From contig CAXNAD020000009.1 of NCBI GenBank assembly GCA_964200185.2, positions 1-51,568 on the forward strand: a stretch of DNA of 51,568 bases, written 5' to 3'. The position numbers and the translations under genes are program-made. Each line of letters starts with the position of its first letter. Position 1 is the first letter of the stretch. Shown piece after piece: positions 1 through 12,479 of this stretch. Under the pieces are notes generated by a model, which saw nothing but the letters and a program-made list of their open reading frames with translations, was not told the DNA's origin and did not search any database. Origin of the DNA: Choristocarpus tenellus KU-1152 (taxonomy: Eukaryota > Protista > Phaeophyceae).

Positions 1-11
1 GGGGGGGGGGG

Positions 12-72
<61 letters not shown>
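1..72. other. poly-G run at window/contig start, probably a sequencing artefact
   Basis: 71 of 72 bases are G at the very start of the sequence; typical of two-colour chemistry no-signal tails. Confidence 0.7.
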
Positions 73-75
<3 letters not shown>

Positions 76-563
76 CATGATACAAAAAGCAAAATTAACA
101 CGAATAAAACGGTCTCTATTTCATGTGAAGTAAAGTTTCATTTTGCCCAGCAAAGTCCTCCACCCCTTGACCTTGGAATCGCCAAGACATGATGCTAAAC
201 AAGAACTCCCAAGAGGGAAAGGGACAGAAGAACTACTATGTTCCATTCACAGAGTAGAATGGAAGTACAAAAATTGAAAGTGCCACGATTATATTGTCAA
301 AAACAAAAAATACATAAGCTTCTTCGCCTGAGGCAACCGCCTTCCACTTCAATCCCCAATACCTAAGCCAACTTTCCAATACATGTCCAAGGCCACAGTT
401 TGAGGGGACCTTCCTGGTAAGTCTTACCAAAGATTGATTCAAGGGTGGGGATCATGGCACAACATGGACATTGACAGCAACAGAAAGAACAGTTGTATTT
501 TGCATCAAATGAATGGAATTATTTGATTCTCCAACCTTTTTGGTATCCAGGAGCACAACATAC

Positions 564-719
564 CTTTCCCCACACATGTCAGTTGGTCTTGAGCCTTCAC
601 CCATGAGGGCACCCTCCACACTCCACCCACCCTCAATTGCAGTACTGGGCATGTCAAGCCTCGCTGGTCCTTCGGCATGTGCCTCCGTTCGTTCCCACTC
701 AGCAACACATTCCCATCCT
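564..719 (-). CDS. Probable further 3' exon (GWECVAEWER...DMCGE)
   Basis: T-rich tract plus aag acceptor, gtatg donor, 156 nt, phase 2/2 matching the 6143 donor. Confidence 0.5.
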
Positions 720-1439
720 CTTCAAGAAAAATAAAATGCATTGTCACGTTAGTTCTTCACACCACATCAGGTCGTAACATCTAAGGGGGGTGTCATTGAC
801 TTAAGAACCCCTATGACTGCTTCGTATTCCATGTGTTTTGGGTGTAGAGGGTGCTTTCGGAAAACAAAGTATTCAAAACTAATCATCTCTGGTACAGCCA
901 CACACTCTTAAAGAAGATTAACTACATTTCAGACATGGGCATAGGGAATATTGCACAAGGTTCAAAAAGTCTTGAAAATAAAAAGATTTAAAATAGGCCC
1001 CCTTATTCTTGATGGTTTTACTCATTAATCTGACGTAACATGTACAAAATCTAAGGCAACTGAGGTTGTCAAAGTGTCTGTTGACAAAATTATTGTGGTA
1101 CATTTTGCATGCGATATGCATTTGGGTGGATGGATGTCCCCCTGGATCTTTGTCCGTGATACAGGTAGTAGTGAATTGACCTTCATCCTGGTTCTTGTTT
1201 ATAAAAATGAAAATATTTTCTTTCTTAAACATGTTTCATATTTTCGAAATGTGTTTAGTGCAGCTTCATACACAGTCTAGTTGCTAGAAACTTCTTTGGA
1301 AGTACTACTACCTCACACACTGAAGGTGTTGCACAGAGGGTGGTGAACAAATGGAGGCATAGAAGGAGCTGGAAAAGGCACGGCAACAACAGAGCACAGA
1401 CCCCAAAATGCTACAGGGAGTGGGGTAACATTTGAGTAG

Positions 1440-2330
1440 AATCTGTGAGGTCTGCTCTATGCTGACGATGTGGGCATTGTGTGTAAGACCCCAAAAAGTT
1501 TGCCCAGGATAATGACATTGATGATGAAGATGGTCAGGTCATTCGGGCTGATAGTGTTGAGTTGAAGACAGAGGCCATATGCCTTTGACCTGCCAAGAAG
1601 GCTACAGACAACATGAAGATCCATCCGGGTTTAGGGCCAGAACAACAAGCAGACAGACATGTTTGTATACCTTGCAGGCAGCGTAAGTGTTGAATCAGAT
1701 ATTACTGCTGAATCAATCGGCGGATCCAAAAAGCCTGGGGCTGTTTCTGCATTACCAATATGTGTTACATGACAGAACCACAGGTGCATCGATTGATCCT
1801 AAGATTAAAATGACCATGGATGAAGCTCTTAAGGTCCTGTTATATGGTTATGTGATATGGACACTTTGCCAGGTTCAATATGTGGAGCTTTGCTCTCGCT
1901 GCCATCACATTCCTCTTACTCTGCATTTAATTTAACAAACAGTAACACACCAATCACATATTGTCCTGCAAAGATGTTCTTGTGGAGATCGTGAGAGTAT
2001 CAGGGCTGTTTTGGTAAAAAAGAGACTCCTGTCTGTAGGGTCAATTTCCTGAGTAGGAGATAGCAACTCACAAAGGCATTCATGTTCAGGGACCTTCCAG
2101 ATGGAAAATGGAACCAAGGTAGACAGGAGAAGAACTGGTGGATGTGCCTTGCAAGACGACCTTGGGAACTCAGGATCATGGTTGAGGGATGGAGTCCAAG
2201 GGAAACAAATCAGCACAGATGATACGGGTATGTGATTGCCAGCCCAAAGAGTTTCATGGAAGAGTGACATTCTACGGAAGTTGTGATAGTTGACATTCAC
2301 CATGCTAAAGCAGCAGCAAAAGCAACCAAA
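1440..2330 (+). mobile_element. 5'-truncated, decayed RTE-type LINE (RT C-terminal half)
   Basis: GLLYADDVGIV (YADD at 1458-1469), FGLIV..KTEAICL, KQTDMFVYLAG, VLLYGYVIW, RESIRAVLVKKRLL, GRQEKNWW; same motif order as brown-algal RTE LINEs; frameshifts and stops. Confidence 0.88.
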
Positions 2331-3231
2331 AAAAATCAGGGGACATGGACACTCACCATTATCTGCTGAATACTGCTTTCCTCACTATTATATCTGGTTC
2401 TTTTTGGAGTGACGACTTTTATCTCTTGCTTTCGCCTTTTGTGGAATATACGTTATGAGTGGTGTTTTTGATTGGACGGACCTTATGCGACAAAAAAAAA
2501 CTGTGTCCCCGCAGGACCTGGTGATGTGTGATGACATTGATGGCGTTCTATCCAAAGGATTTGGGTTTTAATACTGCATTACATCGTATTTGCATTTTAC
2601 AAAGAAATTTTATACCAAGTAGTACTGCTTTTCCCTACCTTTCGAACACCGGTTTGGGACTCAACTTCTAGGACGCTTTTGTTCATATTTTATAGAAAAG
2701 GTTCATTTGATATGTCACTCTTCCCTGATCACTCACTAGCAATGCCCTCACAATCTATCAGCGCTGAGCGGTGAATTGGAAAGATCAGGATCCTTGTGCT
2801 TCACAGTTATAATTTTGTCTGCAGCGAAGTCAACTGACGAACTGTGATGCCTGAAGTTGAGAGGTCGCTTTGGGGATTGCACGATTGGGTTGGGAACAAT
2901 CTCAACCTAATGTCGTCCAATGAAGCAGCAGATTATTTTATGTGGTACCTGAAAACTGTGCACAGCGCCCCCTGGTCTCAGATTCACACTGCTCAAGACT
3001 GTTCATGAGATGCAAGTAAATACTACACGGGTATCACAATAGTATTATGGGTTTTGAGGACTTTGTAACAGGCTGAATCACAGGGAAATACAAGCCTGTT
3101 AAAGATTGTGAGTAGAGGGTTGAGGTTGAATGTATGAACGGGGAAGAAGATAACGGTAAAGTTACTACCCTTGAGTAAAGCTTCCAAATGTTCGCAAAAA
3201 AAAAAGACATCGAAGCTGAATACGACTGAGG

Positions 3232-3314
3232 GATTGAGAACATCATTGATTGAGAACATCATTGATTGAGAACATCAATGAAGAGAGCAAGCTGAGGGAT
3301 TGAGAACCTCATTG
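3232..3314. repeat. 16-bp tandem repeat (GATTGAGAACATCATT) x3 plus one spaced copy
   Basis: Directly visible. Confidence 0.9.
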
Positions 3315-3612
3315 CTCCCCCTGAGTGCTAGAGTTTGAAGAGGATGTATATTAGAAGAGAATGATGAAGAGCAGGAGGAGGATGCGGATGAACAGATGGA
3401 TGGAGACATGGCAACCTGTGTAGACATTTACACTAAGGAAAGAATCAGGGGCTTACACAGTTGCACTTCACTGTTTGGTTGGCCTCTGACTTTAAGGCTT
3501 GTCCAAGTGTATATCAATCGGAATATGTAACTGTAAGATCTGATAAGATTTGCTAGCATGGTCACAATGACTGTTGTTCAATTTGCCGTGGTAAGAAACG
3601 ACTGCAGAGGGG

Positions 3613-3776
3613 ATTTTCAGCAGTTATTGTTGCAGTTTTCACGTCTTGAATTATTGAAAATATTTTCTTGTGTACATCGTATTTGCATTTTCAGCAACAA
3701 TAACTGCTGAAAATTATTTTGCAAAAACATAATATACACAAGAAAATATTTTCAGCAGTTATTGTTGCAGTTTTCA
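3613..3776. repeat. Nested direct and inverted repeat cluster
   Basis: 29-mer at 3613-3641 and 3748-3776; its reverse complement (21 nt) at 3694-3714; second 20-bp inverted repeat at 3655-3674 / 3735-3754. Confidence 0.9.
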
Positions 3777-5458
3777 TTTGACCTCACAGTATGTTCTGGT
3801 CTATGGTTGGAGACTGTTTTCGACAGTATTGTTCTGGCTGTACTTTTGACTTGATGGTAGGGTTGCCGTTTGTATATTTACAACACAGTTCAGCTGTACC
3901 TATTTTCCCCATAGTCAATAAAGATGACAGCACGAACCTTCCACGGTTGTTCGCAGTAATGACAGTTACCCTAAACTGTTCCTTGTACAGGAGAGTGAAA
4001 GTAGTACTAAATAGAAGAATATAGTCTGGCGAGCCACCAATGAAAATGGACATCCTGGAATTCCACTGAGTAAGAAAGTGGAGACTGGTGAAGCAGTGTG
4101 GTGGTATACATTTGCCTCAACACCATTCTAGAGCTAGAACCATAGAAGTAGACAAAACTTTGTAGTGAACATCCTTTAAGGGGACATTGATCATTGTATT
4201 ATTAGTTTTCAAAGAAGAAGTTTTGAGAGAGGTGTGTTACCATTGATGACAACTGTTCACACGTCAGAGAAATCAAATCTGATTTGTGGAGTACAAATCA
4301 ATATCTTACAGATCAATGGCCGTTCCTGTTATTAATCTGAGTTACACACGTTGGGGCATATCCCCACAAATCTAAGATAAGGAGTTAACTCTTTCATTTG
4401 TGGATCTGAATCTTTTGTACTAATATTTCTGAGAGTGGTACGGAACAAAATTTTCGACAACAAGACAAGATGTTGACAAACAAACACACCTTGATTTGTA
4501 CAACCTATGGTCACAAGGGCAAGTCATTGTAGAGGGATTCAAATCAATGTGTCGTTATCAGGGAAGCATTTCCGAACAGGGCTTCTACATTATGTTAGTT
4601 TGGAAGGGGGGGTGATAATTTTTTATACAACCCATAGAACAAGGGAACGAAGTACTCCTTGTAATCACAGTAGTAGTCGCCTAAGATTTGTACATGATTG
4701 TTCTTTCCCACTACTAGCAGTATTATATTTTAACACTATCAGATTTGTACACAATTGTTCATTCCTATTAAACAACAAGATGAGGTTTGTAGGTGAGGAT
4801 GAGGTAAGGGCAGACTACCAATACATATTATTATCTTCTGTCAACACATAGGGATAAATCACTTATACACGCTGATAAAATGGTGAGTGATATATACAAA
4901 TCATGTGTACATAGTAACCAACAAGGTTATATTAAAAAATCGGGAGTTGTACTCATGTTCCTGAACATCGAGTTGTACTCATGTTTTCTGTACCGATATT
5001 TGAAGCACAAATGAGGTAAATCATGATTTGTCTGACATGAGAATAGTACCAACAGTCACTATGGTGTGGTAGGGGAGTTCTGATGGTTGTGCATGTTTTT
5101 TCAATATCCCCATGGTGGCCAATGATTGCCTGCAGATTTATAACAGTAGAATTGTGGTATAGACCATCCATCAACATTTTCCCCAACCATATAGGGCCCT
5201 TGAAATAATGAGCCAGCACGAGCATGAGACAATTCAATGCTTCAATTCTTTGGTAACCCAATAATCAGTCAACAAGGTCTGGAAGGCCAGCCCATATGAT
5301 AACATGCAGGGACGCATAATATATATTCATCGAGGCTTGTATCACTCTCAATGACACTATCTATACCCACACAAGCACCTTAACATACAGTCTCTGCCGG
5401 TGTATGCTTACCTCATGCAAAACCTTGAAATATCACTGTTTTCCCACCGATAAGTAAC

Positions 5459-5476
5459 TTAGGGTTAGGGTTAGGG
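5459..5476 (+). repeat. Interstitial telomeric repeat (TTAGGG)3
   Basis: Perfect 3 copies, bracketed by GTAACTT on both sides. Confidence 0.85.
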
Positions 5477-5678
5477 TAACTTCCACGCCATTCTAATCAT
5501 CTTACAACACCTGTGATAACTTCACGCCGTGAGCAACCTATCAATATATTTTTCTTTTTTGCTTGTATCACCAAAGATATTATATCAATGCCCCTTGCCC
5601 TCAGCTGTTACTTCATATTTTTAGTTATCCAATTTGTGTAAGAATGTTAAAACTTATGGCCATATTCCTACCAACTTC

Positions 5679-5950
5679 TTCCTTCCATAATACAATAATA
5701 ATAACCACAATAAGAATGTAATAGAAAGAATAAGAGTGTAATCCGGTGGTATATTTTTAATGTAATGATCACCTCTAGAGACTATGGGAGTGAGACAAGG
5801 CAACATGTGTCTAAATTGTTCCTTCCATAAGAATAAGAACATAATACTCTGGAGTAGAAAGAAGAATAATGTAATCTGGTCATACACTTTGAATGCGATG
5901 AACAACACTAGAGACTATGAGAACTAAACAAATGAACCCATGTCTCATGT
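5679..5950. repeat. Diverged ~140-bp tandem duplication
   Basis: TTCCTTCCATAA, TAGAAAGAA, TGTAATC.GGT and CTAGAGACTATG each recur ~140 nt apart. Confidence 0.75.
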
Positions 5951-6142
5951 TTTGTTCGAGCACCACAAAAGATATCAATCAAACCTATCAATCAATTTTG
6001 CATTGGGACACTCACAACTCAACTTGACAAGAAATTGATACCTCAGCACTCTAGGCAGCATATAAAACCCAACAAGCACTGTGTCTGCTGCTCAGAAGCC
6101 CCTTTGTGCCCCAAATACGTTCCCATCAATCCAGGTCATTAC

Positions 6143-6648
6143 CCCATATCCCACCTTTTAATGGAGGAATTGTTGTTTCCACCACCCTGTCGAGTCCAGT
6201 CATCCACAAGATCTGCACCCAGGGTTAGCTGTTTCTTGTGCTCCCTTTGTTGCTTTTGTCCTGTGTCCCTTCTGTTGCTCATGCTTGGGTCAGTAATGAC
6301 TCCAAACGCGAAATGGAGTCGCTGCAGTGATACCAACGCGTCTAGTTTCTCAATCAGACCAGCCCCAGTCCCTTGTCCAGTCATCTCAGGAGTCTTTTCT
6401 CCCATGCCCAATCCACCAAGCATCACTCCTCCTGTCCCTGCCAGTCTTTTTTCCTTACTTGCTTGGGATGAATAACTCTTCCCCTTTGGCCTCTTTCTGC
6501 CTTCCTCAGCAACAACTGTAGCTTGTGCTTGAGCTGGAGGGGGGAAGGGTGTGTGTGGGCCATTGACACCATGGAGTCTTAGGCCCTGACAAGCAGTTTC
6601 AATAGAGGAAGAGAGCCGATCACTTTGAAGGACCAGACCAGGGACCAT
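6143..6648 (-). CDS. FANCD2: FANCD2-like C-terminal exon (MVPGLVLQSDRLSSSIETAC...); ends at donor gtaat, or reads to TAA at 6139
   Basis: ccag acceptor at phase 0; VPxLxxxxExL-type terminal helix of FANCD2/FANCI; lies inside ORF 6139-6798. Confidence 0.7.
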
Positions 6649-7138
6649 CTGGTTGGGTTGGGTGGGGAAGGTTGGGTAAGGTGCAACAGGGGGGAGAAGC
6701 TTAGTGGTGATATCATTATCAAAGGGGAGGGAATAGGTACAGAGGGACAGCTTAGCATCTAGGAGTCTCCGACTTAGAGGAGAGAGAAATAGAAACAATA
6801 ATAGGATACAATTTCACCTCATAATTTGCAAAAATATTCTATGACGCTCATGGTTATTCCAGTATTCTCTACAGGAAATGAAGAACAAGTGGCATCTGCA
6901 TCTAATGTTATGCTTCCAACAAGACACATCAAAATCGAAGGAAAAAGTACACCAATGGTATAGCAGGTATAGCAGGTATAGTATAATGACTTAAATGATG
7001 TATGTACATGTTTTGCTAAAGTGGCTTAGGTTGAAGTGCAACTATCACCTGATGAAAATGATGAGGCTCAATATTTTGCTTTCAATTTCATTGTGATGCT
7101 CTTTGTGGTCTCACATTGTGTGAGGCTTCTGTTCACTC

Positions 7139-7144
7139 ACAAAC

Positions 7145-7179
<35 letters not shown>

Positions 7180-7236
7180 CACACACACAGGCACACACAC
7201 ACACAGGCACACAGGCATACACACACACACAAACAC
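7139..7236. repeat. (CA)n microsatellite, interrupted
   Basis: Directly visible. Confidence 0.95.
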
Positions 7237-8448
7237 CGCACCTCCATAATATGAGCAATTTCGCAAACCCAGAGTAACTCTATGCATAGTTTTCCATCAA
7301 CAAGAAATATGAGCACGATATACCCTGAGGTGAAAACAACCAATTCTACAAAATTCTTGAGTTAGGTCATCATTGATTTACTGAAGAGGTTAGAACTTGG
7401 GCCAAGTGAAACAAACCTGTCATGCAAAAAACATTTAAAAAAGGTCAACAAAACTTTTCGATCTATCTTAAACATTGACATCTCAAAATAATACTAAGAC
7501 ACAATTAAGAGGTAACACCCAAATCTCATTCTTACATTCGACTTCATAAAGTACTTATTCCCAAGTAGTCTAGGTGGTAGTAATTTGGTGTCAGTAGAAA
7601 TTTAAATATAAGAAAATTTGGAGTGATTGATGGTTGTGATGTCGGGGGGCGAAGGTGATATTTAATTACCAACTCACAAGTACAGATTACTTCAAACAAA
7701 AAATAGTGGAACAGTGCATAAGATCATCCCAAAAATGACAGTTAATTACCGTTCTAACATATTTTTTGTCGACAAACTTTGTATAGTTCACAAACACCCT
7801 ATTACAGCAGGTGCTAGAGTGGGGCGGTACATGTGCATGTTGGGACTCACAAACTTAGGAAACAATGTACTGGAGTATCAGAGGGGGGGAGTACTGATAA
7901 GCTTAATACCACCAAAAATTCTACTAAAATGACAGCACGTGTGGAATACCAGAACTTAGATCATCAACAACTCAATCTGGGTAGTAAAAATGACAGCTGC
8001 CTCTACAATACTGTGTTGCAAAATGAAATTAAAATACCTGCATGTCTTCAGTACATTCTGCAATGTCACTGCTACTAGGTTCCTGTTAGCCTACAATATT
8101 TCATGCCACAAACAATGTCAGCATATGGGTATTGAGCTACATTAGAGTATACCAACACATAGAAAAAATTATGGGCGGCATTATCTTACCTAAATTACAG
8201 GATACACAGCAGAATACATGCCTAACCTCCATGAACAAAAACTGTACTGTGTACAAGTTTATCAAGTGTTAGCAAGGCTTTACATACCCTGCAGCTTGTA
8301 TTGAGCGTTATCTAGTAAGCTAAAATGCACTTGAATCTCTACCTTAATTCCTCTTGAAATTATTTGGTTGGCTAAACAAAAGAATAAAGCCTATTTTCCC
8401 CTCAGGTCCCATGCAAATCAAGATACCTCAAGGGAAATAAATCCTCAC

Positions 8449-8568
8449 CTTCAGAAGTTTTTCCAGTGAAGCATGATGGGGGGAGCGTGATTGCTGCCAT
8501 GATGACGGAGTTTTGGAGGGGGCAAGGGGGGTAAGACTCCTCTTTGACACTGCAGCGCATTCCTTGAT
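8449..8568 (-). CDS. FANCD2: FANCD2-like exon (IKECAAVSKR...SLEKLLK)
   Basis: 120 nt, ttgcag acceptor, gtgag donor, phase 0/0. Confidence 0.7.
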
Positions 8569-9681
8569 CTGCAACATACCGCACCAGAAGGTAAAATTAT
8601 TGGAGGAATTAAATGGAGGTTGTCAGAAAGGGCAGGATTGGGCACACATTGGCAGTGGGGGCTATTGTCAGAAAGGGCAGGGTTGAAGACCTCAGTGCTC
8701 CAGTAGGTGTCACATGTATGGGTGCTGGTGTTGGAGAGGGATTGGCAGCTGAACTTAGAAGTCAGGGATCAGATATAGTGCCCTAGCACCATGCATCTGC
8801 TCAAACATCAAGGAATACCCAAGTATCACCATACCAACTGGTTGAACAAGGCAGGGGGTGGGGACACGGGTTATGCAGAATGCTAATACAACTAGAAAGA
8901 TTGTGATCTCTGTGCACAAGAAGCAACAGTGGGTGGGAAGGTATTATGTTTGCACTATGGTCAGCAAAGTCATCAATAACTTCCTCACAAGACTGGTATT
9001 GTAATGTTACCATTCTCTTGGAGTGAATCAACTGCGAATGAGGAATTCCAAAACAGTAATGGTGGGACTCAAAACCAAAATGCAATAGTTTTGATATGAT
9101 ACACCAATCAGTATCTCGTAGCTATCATGCAAAGGATTAAAACAAGCCAATGTAGCTTATTGTTTAGGCACAAAAATTCAAGAACATTATTCCTCTAAGG
9201 AATAAAATAAACATATCATCTTGGTAACCCTTCACTGGTCAGGTTGACATCATGGTCGCTGCGATTGGAGGTTCCAACCTTTACATTAAAATACATTAAA
9301 TTACATTAATTTTTTTGTCAAGTATCTTCCCAATACATCAGAGCAGTTAAAATATTTCATCACTAAAATGGTCGTAACAATGACTCTTGATTTTGAGATC
9401 CACCAATAATTGAAAGTCTGTAGTGCTGTAAGGAATGAAATCACAATAGCTTCCTGAGGAACAGGTATTGAACCATATTTCAACTACGAAGAAAAGGTTA
9501 CCCACACTCTCTTGTATTGCTCAGCTCGAACTGTGAGACAGCACAGAGAGACCTCAACCAAAACACATAACTAAAACACATAACCAAACAGAGATATCTA
9601 GACCTCTATTCTGCGCACCTCCAATTCAACATCAACAACAAAATAAGCCCACCTCCCATTCTTTTGCCATACATTTTTCAC

Positions 9682-9889
9682 CTCTCTACATAGCCATCTG
9701 ATAGCTGCCACTGTCCCCACAAGTTCCTCTAGTAGTGGTCGCATAAGGCTTGGAATACCGTAATCCACTGAACTCTCCTCTGGCTCTCCCCCCCCCCCAG
9801 TGAATTTTTCCCCTGATCCTGCATCTCCTACCAAAGGGTTTAAGGTGCACCTCCATGCCAGGCAGTAGTCTAGTTGCCATTCAAGAGAT
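9682..9889 (-). CDS. FANCD2: FANCD2-like exon (SLEWQLDYCLAW...LLEELVGTVAAIRWLCRE)
   Basis: aacag acceptor, gtga donor, phase 2/0. Confidence 0.75.
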
Positions 9890-10509
9890 CTGTTCAGGCG
9901 GTACAGGAATGGGAACTTAGCGCAATTCCCTACATTTGCCAAATCACCTTAGCAACAGTTGTAATGCTCAATACACTTGCAACAAACTGGGTACCACAAC
10001 ACAGACTGTTCTGGATTTTGTAAAAAAAAATAAATCTTAACTTTGCCTTCCATCACATGCCCCCTGATATTCTCCAGTCCCATCAAAAGGATACCGGGAT
10101 AGATAAGACAAAACACACACTAATTTTTTCTACTCTGCTATCCTTGTACTTCAAAGTACTAAAAACAAAATCCAGAAACAATATTAGTGCTTTGAACTAA
10201 GTTGAATTGCAGTTCAGCTGTTATTATTCTAGACTAGCACATGATAACCATCACAAAAGTTGTAGGGTGATACTCTTGTGCAACAATGAAGGGTATAGCA
10301 TGGTCCGTTTAGTATCATACCCTCATAACGGTAACAAAATGCAGGCCAATATTTGCTAGGACCTACAGAGGTGTGCTATGCACCTAAGAAAGCACATTAT
10401 TCACGTTTCAACACTCTTTAGAAATAGGAAACTATCCCAATAGTTTGCAAGACTCTACCAAACCTTTCCTGGCCTAGTTATCAAGTGCTTCTAGCCGAGA
10501 ATACAACAA

Positions 10510-11900
10510 ACCTCGAAATAGCCACTTGTGCACTGACTTATACAATCTATCCCAAGCAATCCTTCACAGTCCCTTCCTAGCAACACCTCCTCCCCCTTGC
10601 CCCCATCTCATCTGCTAGTCAAACAATAGCATGCTTTGGTAATGTTCCTTAGCAGGATTTTCCCTCAATCACGGTTACATCACCAATAAACTGTTTTAGT
10701 TGAACATCTTCAATTTTTGTCAAGCATGCATACTTTGACACCCACCTCTGCCCCAGCAATTGTGTAAGGTTCCCAATTTGATAGGGCTTCAAAAAGAAGT
10801 AAACAGACAAAACACATATAACTGCTTCTCAAACTCTCCAGCAATGTTCACTTCATGCATATTCCATTGACCATGTCATAGACTCTTGCAGTGTCCAAAA
10901 CCCAATAAATTGCTAATACCTGAATGCACCTTGAACCAAGTTCCAAGTAATCGATTGCAGTTATAAATGGTAGTCCTATCCAAGATCTGGTTCAATTCTA
11001 GGTTTCAAGCTTCAGAACAAGTTTATTCTTACTGATTTTCCCATCCCCACTTTCAAACATGTCAAAATTCACTGGTGGCACCCATAGTCTGGGATCCCAA
11101 GGTCTTCAAGACCTTGCCTCCTCAGAAATATGCTCAAGAGATATTAATTCATACTCAGCACATGTCTCAGCATATGCCAGCAAATAACTATTCATAATTT
11201 GATCTATCAAGTCAGGGACTAGATGCACATCCTCATGAGCCCATCATTGCCTGTGCTGGGACCTGCTCTCAACCATTTTTCTGATCTTTCTGCTGGCACA
11301 ACAATCAGGATCACCGATTTGGGTAGAGGATAGAATGTGCAAAGTCCTCAAATCAACATATTTTGATATGTTGGAAAACAGAATGTATGCATACTGTCTC
11401 TGAAATATGAAAGCCCACAGTCTCCCTGTAGTTCTACATTGGAACTCATGCTGTCACCTACACTTGTTGACAAAGCTGAAGTCGAATCACTCCCCCACAG
11501 AGGCCTATACAAACACGAAGGAGACTATGAAATGGTACACAACCACAAACATTCTGGGTAGGGAATAAGGGCACAGTACTTTGTTACTGAACATTTTTTA
11601 TTGAGATATACAGATTATAAACATTGTTTCCACCGCCTTCACTTTAACCTGGAGCAGGCTGACTTGTGATACTAAGGTCCCTCCCTCTCCAGCTACCAAG
11701 TATTGTGTCCTAAATCTTGTGCAATCAAATCAACCAGTTCACGTTTTGTCAACATTCCACCCTTATCTTCATCCCAATCAAGTGTGTAACACATTCTTCT
11801 TTTATGGCACACTTTTACTCCTGGTTGTTCAGTGTGCTTTCAACATCACAAAAAGAAAGAGTGTACGACCAGCGGGGAAGTAAACTCCAAACCTACAGCC
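10510..11900 (-). mobile_element. Intronic intronless relic ORF, probably transposon-derived; family not recognised
   Basis: About 230-codon frame at 11400-10710 broken by 4 TGA and 1 TAG (…DLIDQIMNSYLLAYAE…RPWDPRLWVPP…); not needed in the exon chain; 20-bp tandem repeat beside it at 11965-12003. Confidence 0.4.
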
Positions 11901-12341
11901 ACCTAAAACAGTTGGTTTGACCACATAATGGTTGGTTGAACCAAGGAGCGCATTGTTCACACGGCACTACTCAACCAGATTTTACACTACTAAACCAGAT
12001 TTTCCTGATGAAAAAAAGTGCTAATGTAACTTGTATTCTAACCAAGGCTCACACTTGCAGGTGTGCTGGTTTCACTCGTTTGCCTCAAATTGGAGTCTGA
12101 TCTCCATGATATACCACCTCAGCAATACTGAATAATTATCATCAAAGCACCTCAACTATTATATGTGCCTTCATTACATCTATGTTTGCTCTTGCATTGA
12201 TACATCCGTGGCAGAGTCATGGTACATGAGGCTCACATTAAACCTTAATTGATTAGGTCAAATCTATCCTGCAACATTCCTGACCAAGAGATTCTTCACA
12301 TCATACCTCGTCATAATGTCAAACAGGATTAACACTCCTAC

Positions 12342-12479
12342 CTGAGAGCTGGAGCACAGCACCGGGCCACAGGCAGAACACATCTCCGTAAGAGACCACC
12401 CAATGTCTGCCCTCCTCCAGAGCCCCCCCTTATCACGCTCTCTGCTTCCCCATTTGTTCTCTTGATCGATATATTCGTC
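12342..12479 (-). CDS. FANCD2: FANCD2-like exon (...LGGLLRRCVLPVARCCAPAL)
   Basis: 138 nt, ctacag acceptor, gtagg donor, phase 2/2. Confidence 0.7.

Larger units (their letters stand above)
2740..5950. other. Block of compact, intronless, decayed ORFs in both orientations (possible endogenous virus or Polinton-like relic)
   Basis: Stop-interrupted but protein-like frames at ~2743-3420(+), ~3860-4333(+), ~4330-4720(-), ~4960-5400(-) and ~5654-5950(-); short spacers, no splice pattern, no hallmark gene recognised. Confidence 0.3.

Noticed and set aside
1-72. Poly-G as a G-quadruplex or other biological element
   Set aside because: Terminal homopolymer typical of a sequencing artefact.
10920-11400. 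Dynein heavy-chain N-terminal exon
   Set aside because: Only one loose helix resemblance; no AAA motifs, and the surrounding exons belong to the FANCD2-like chain.
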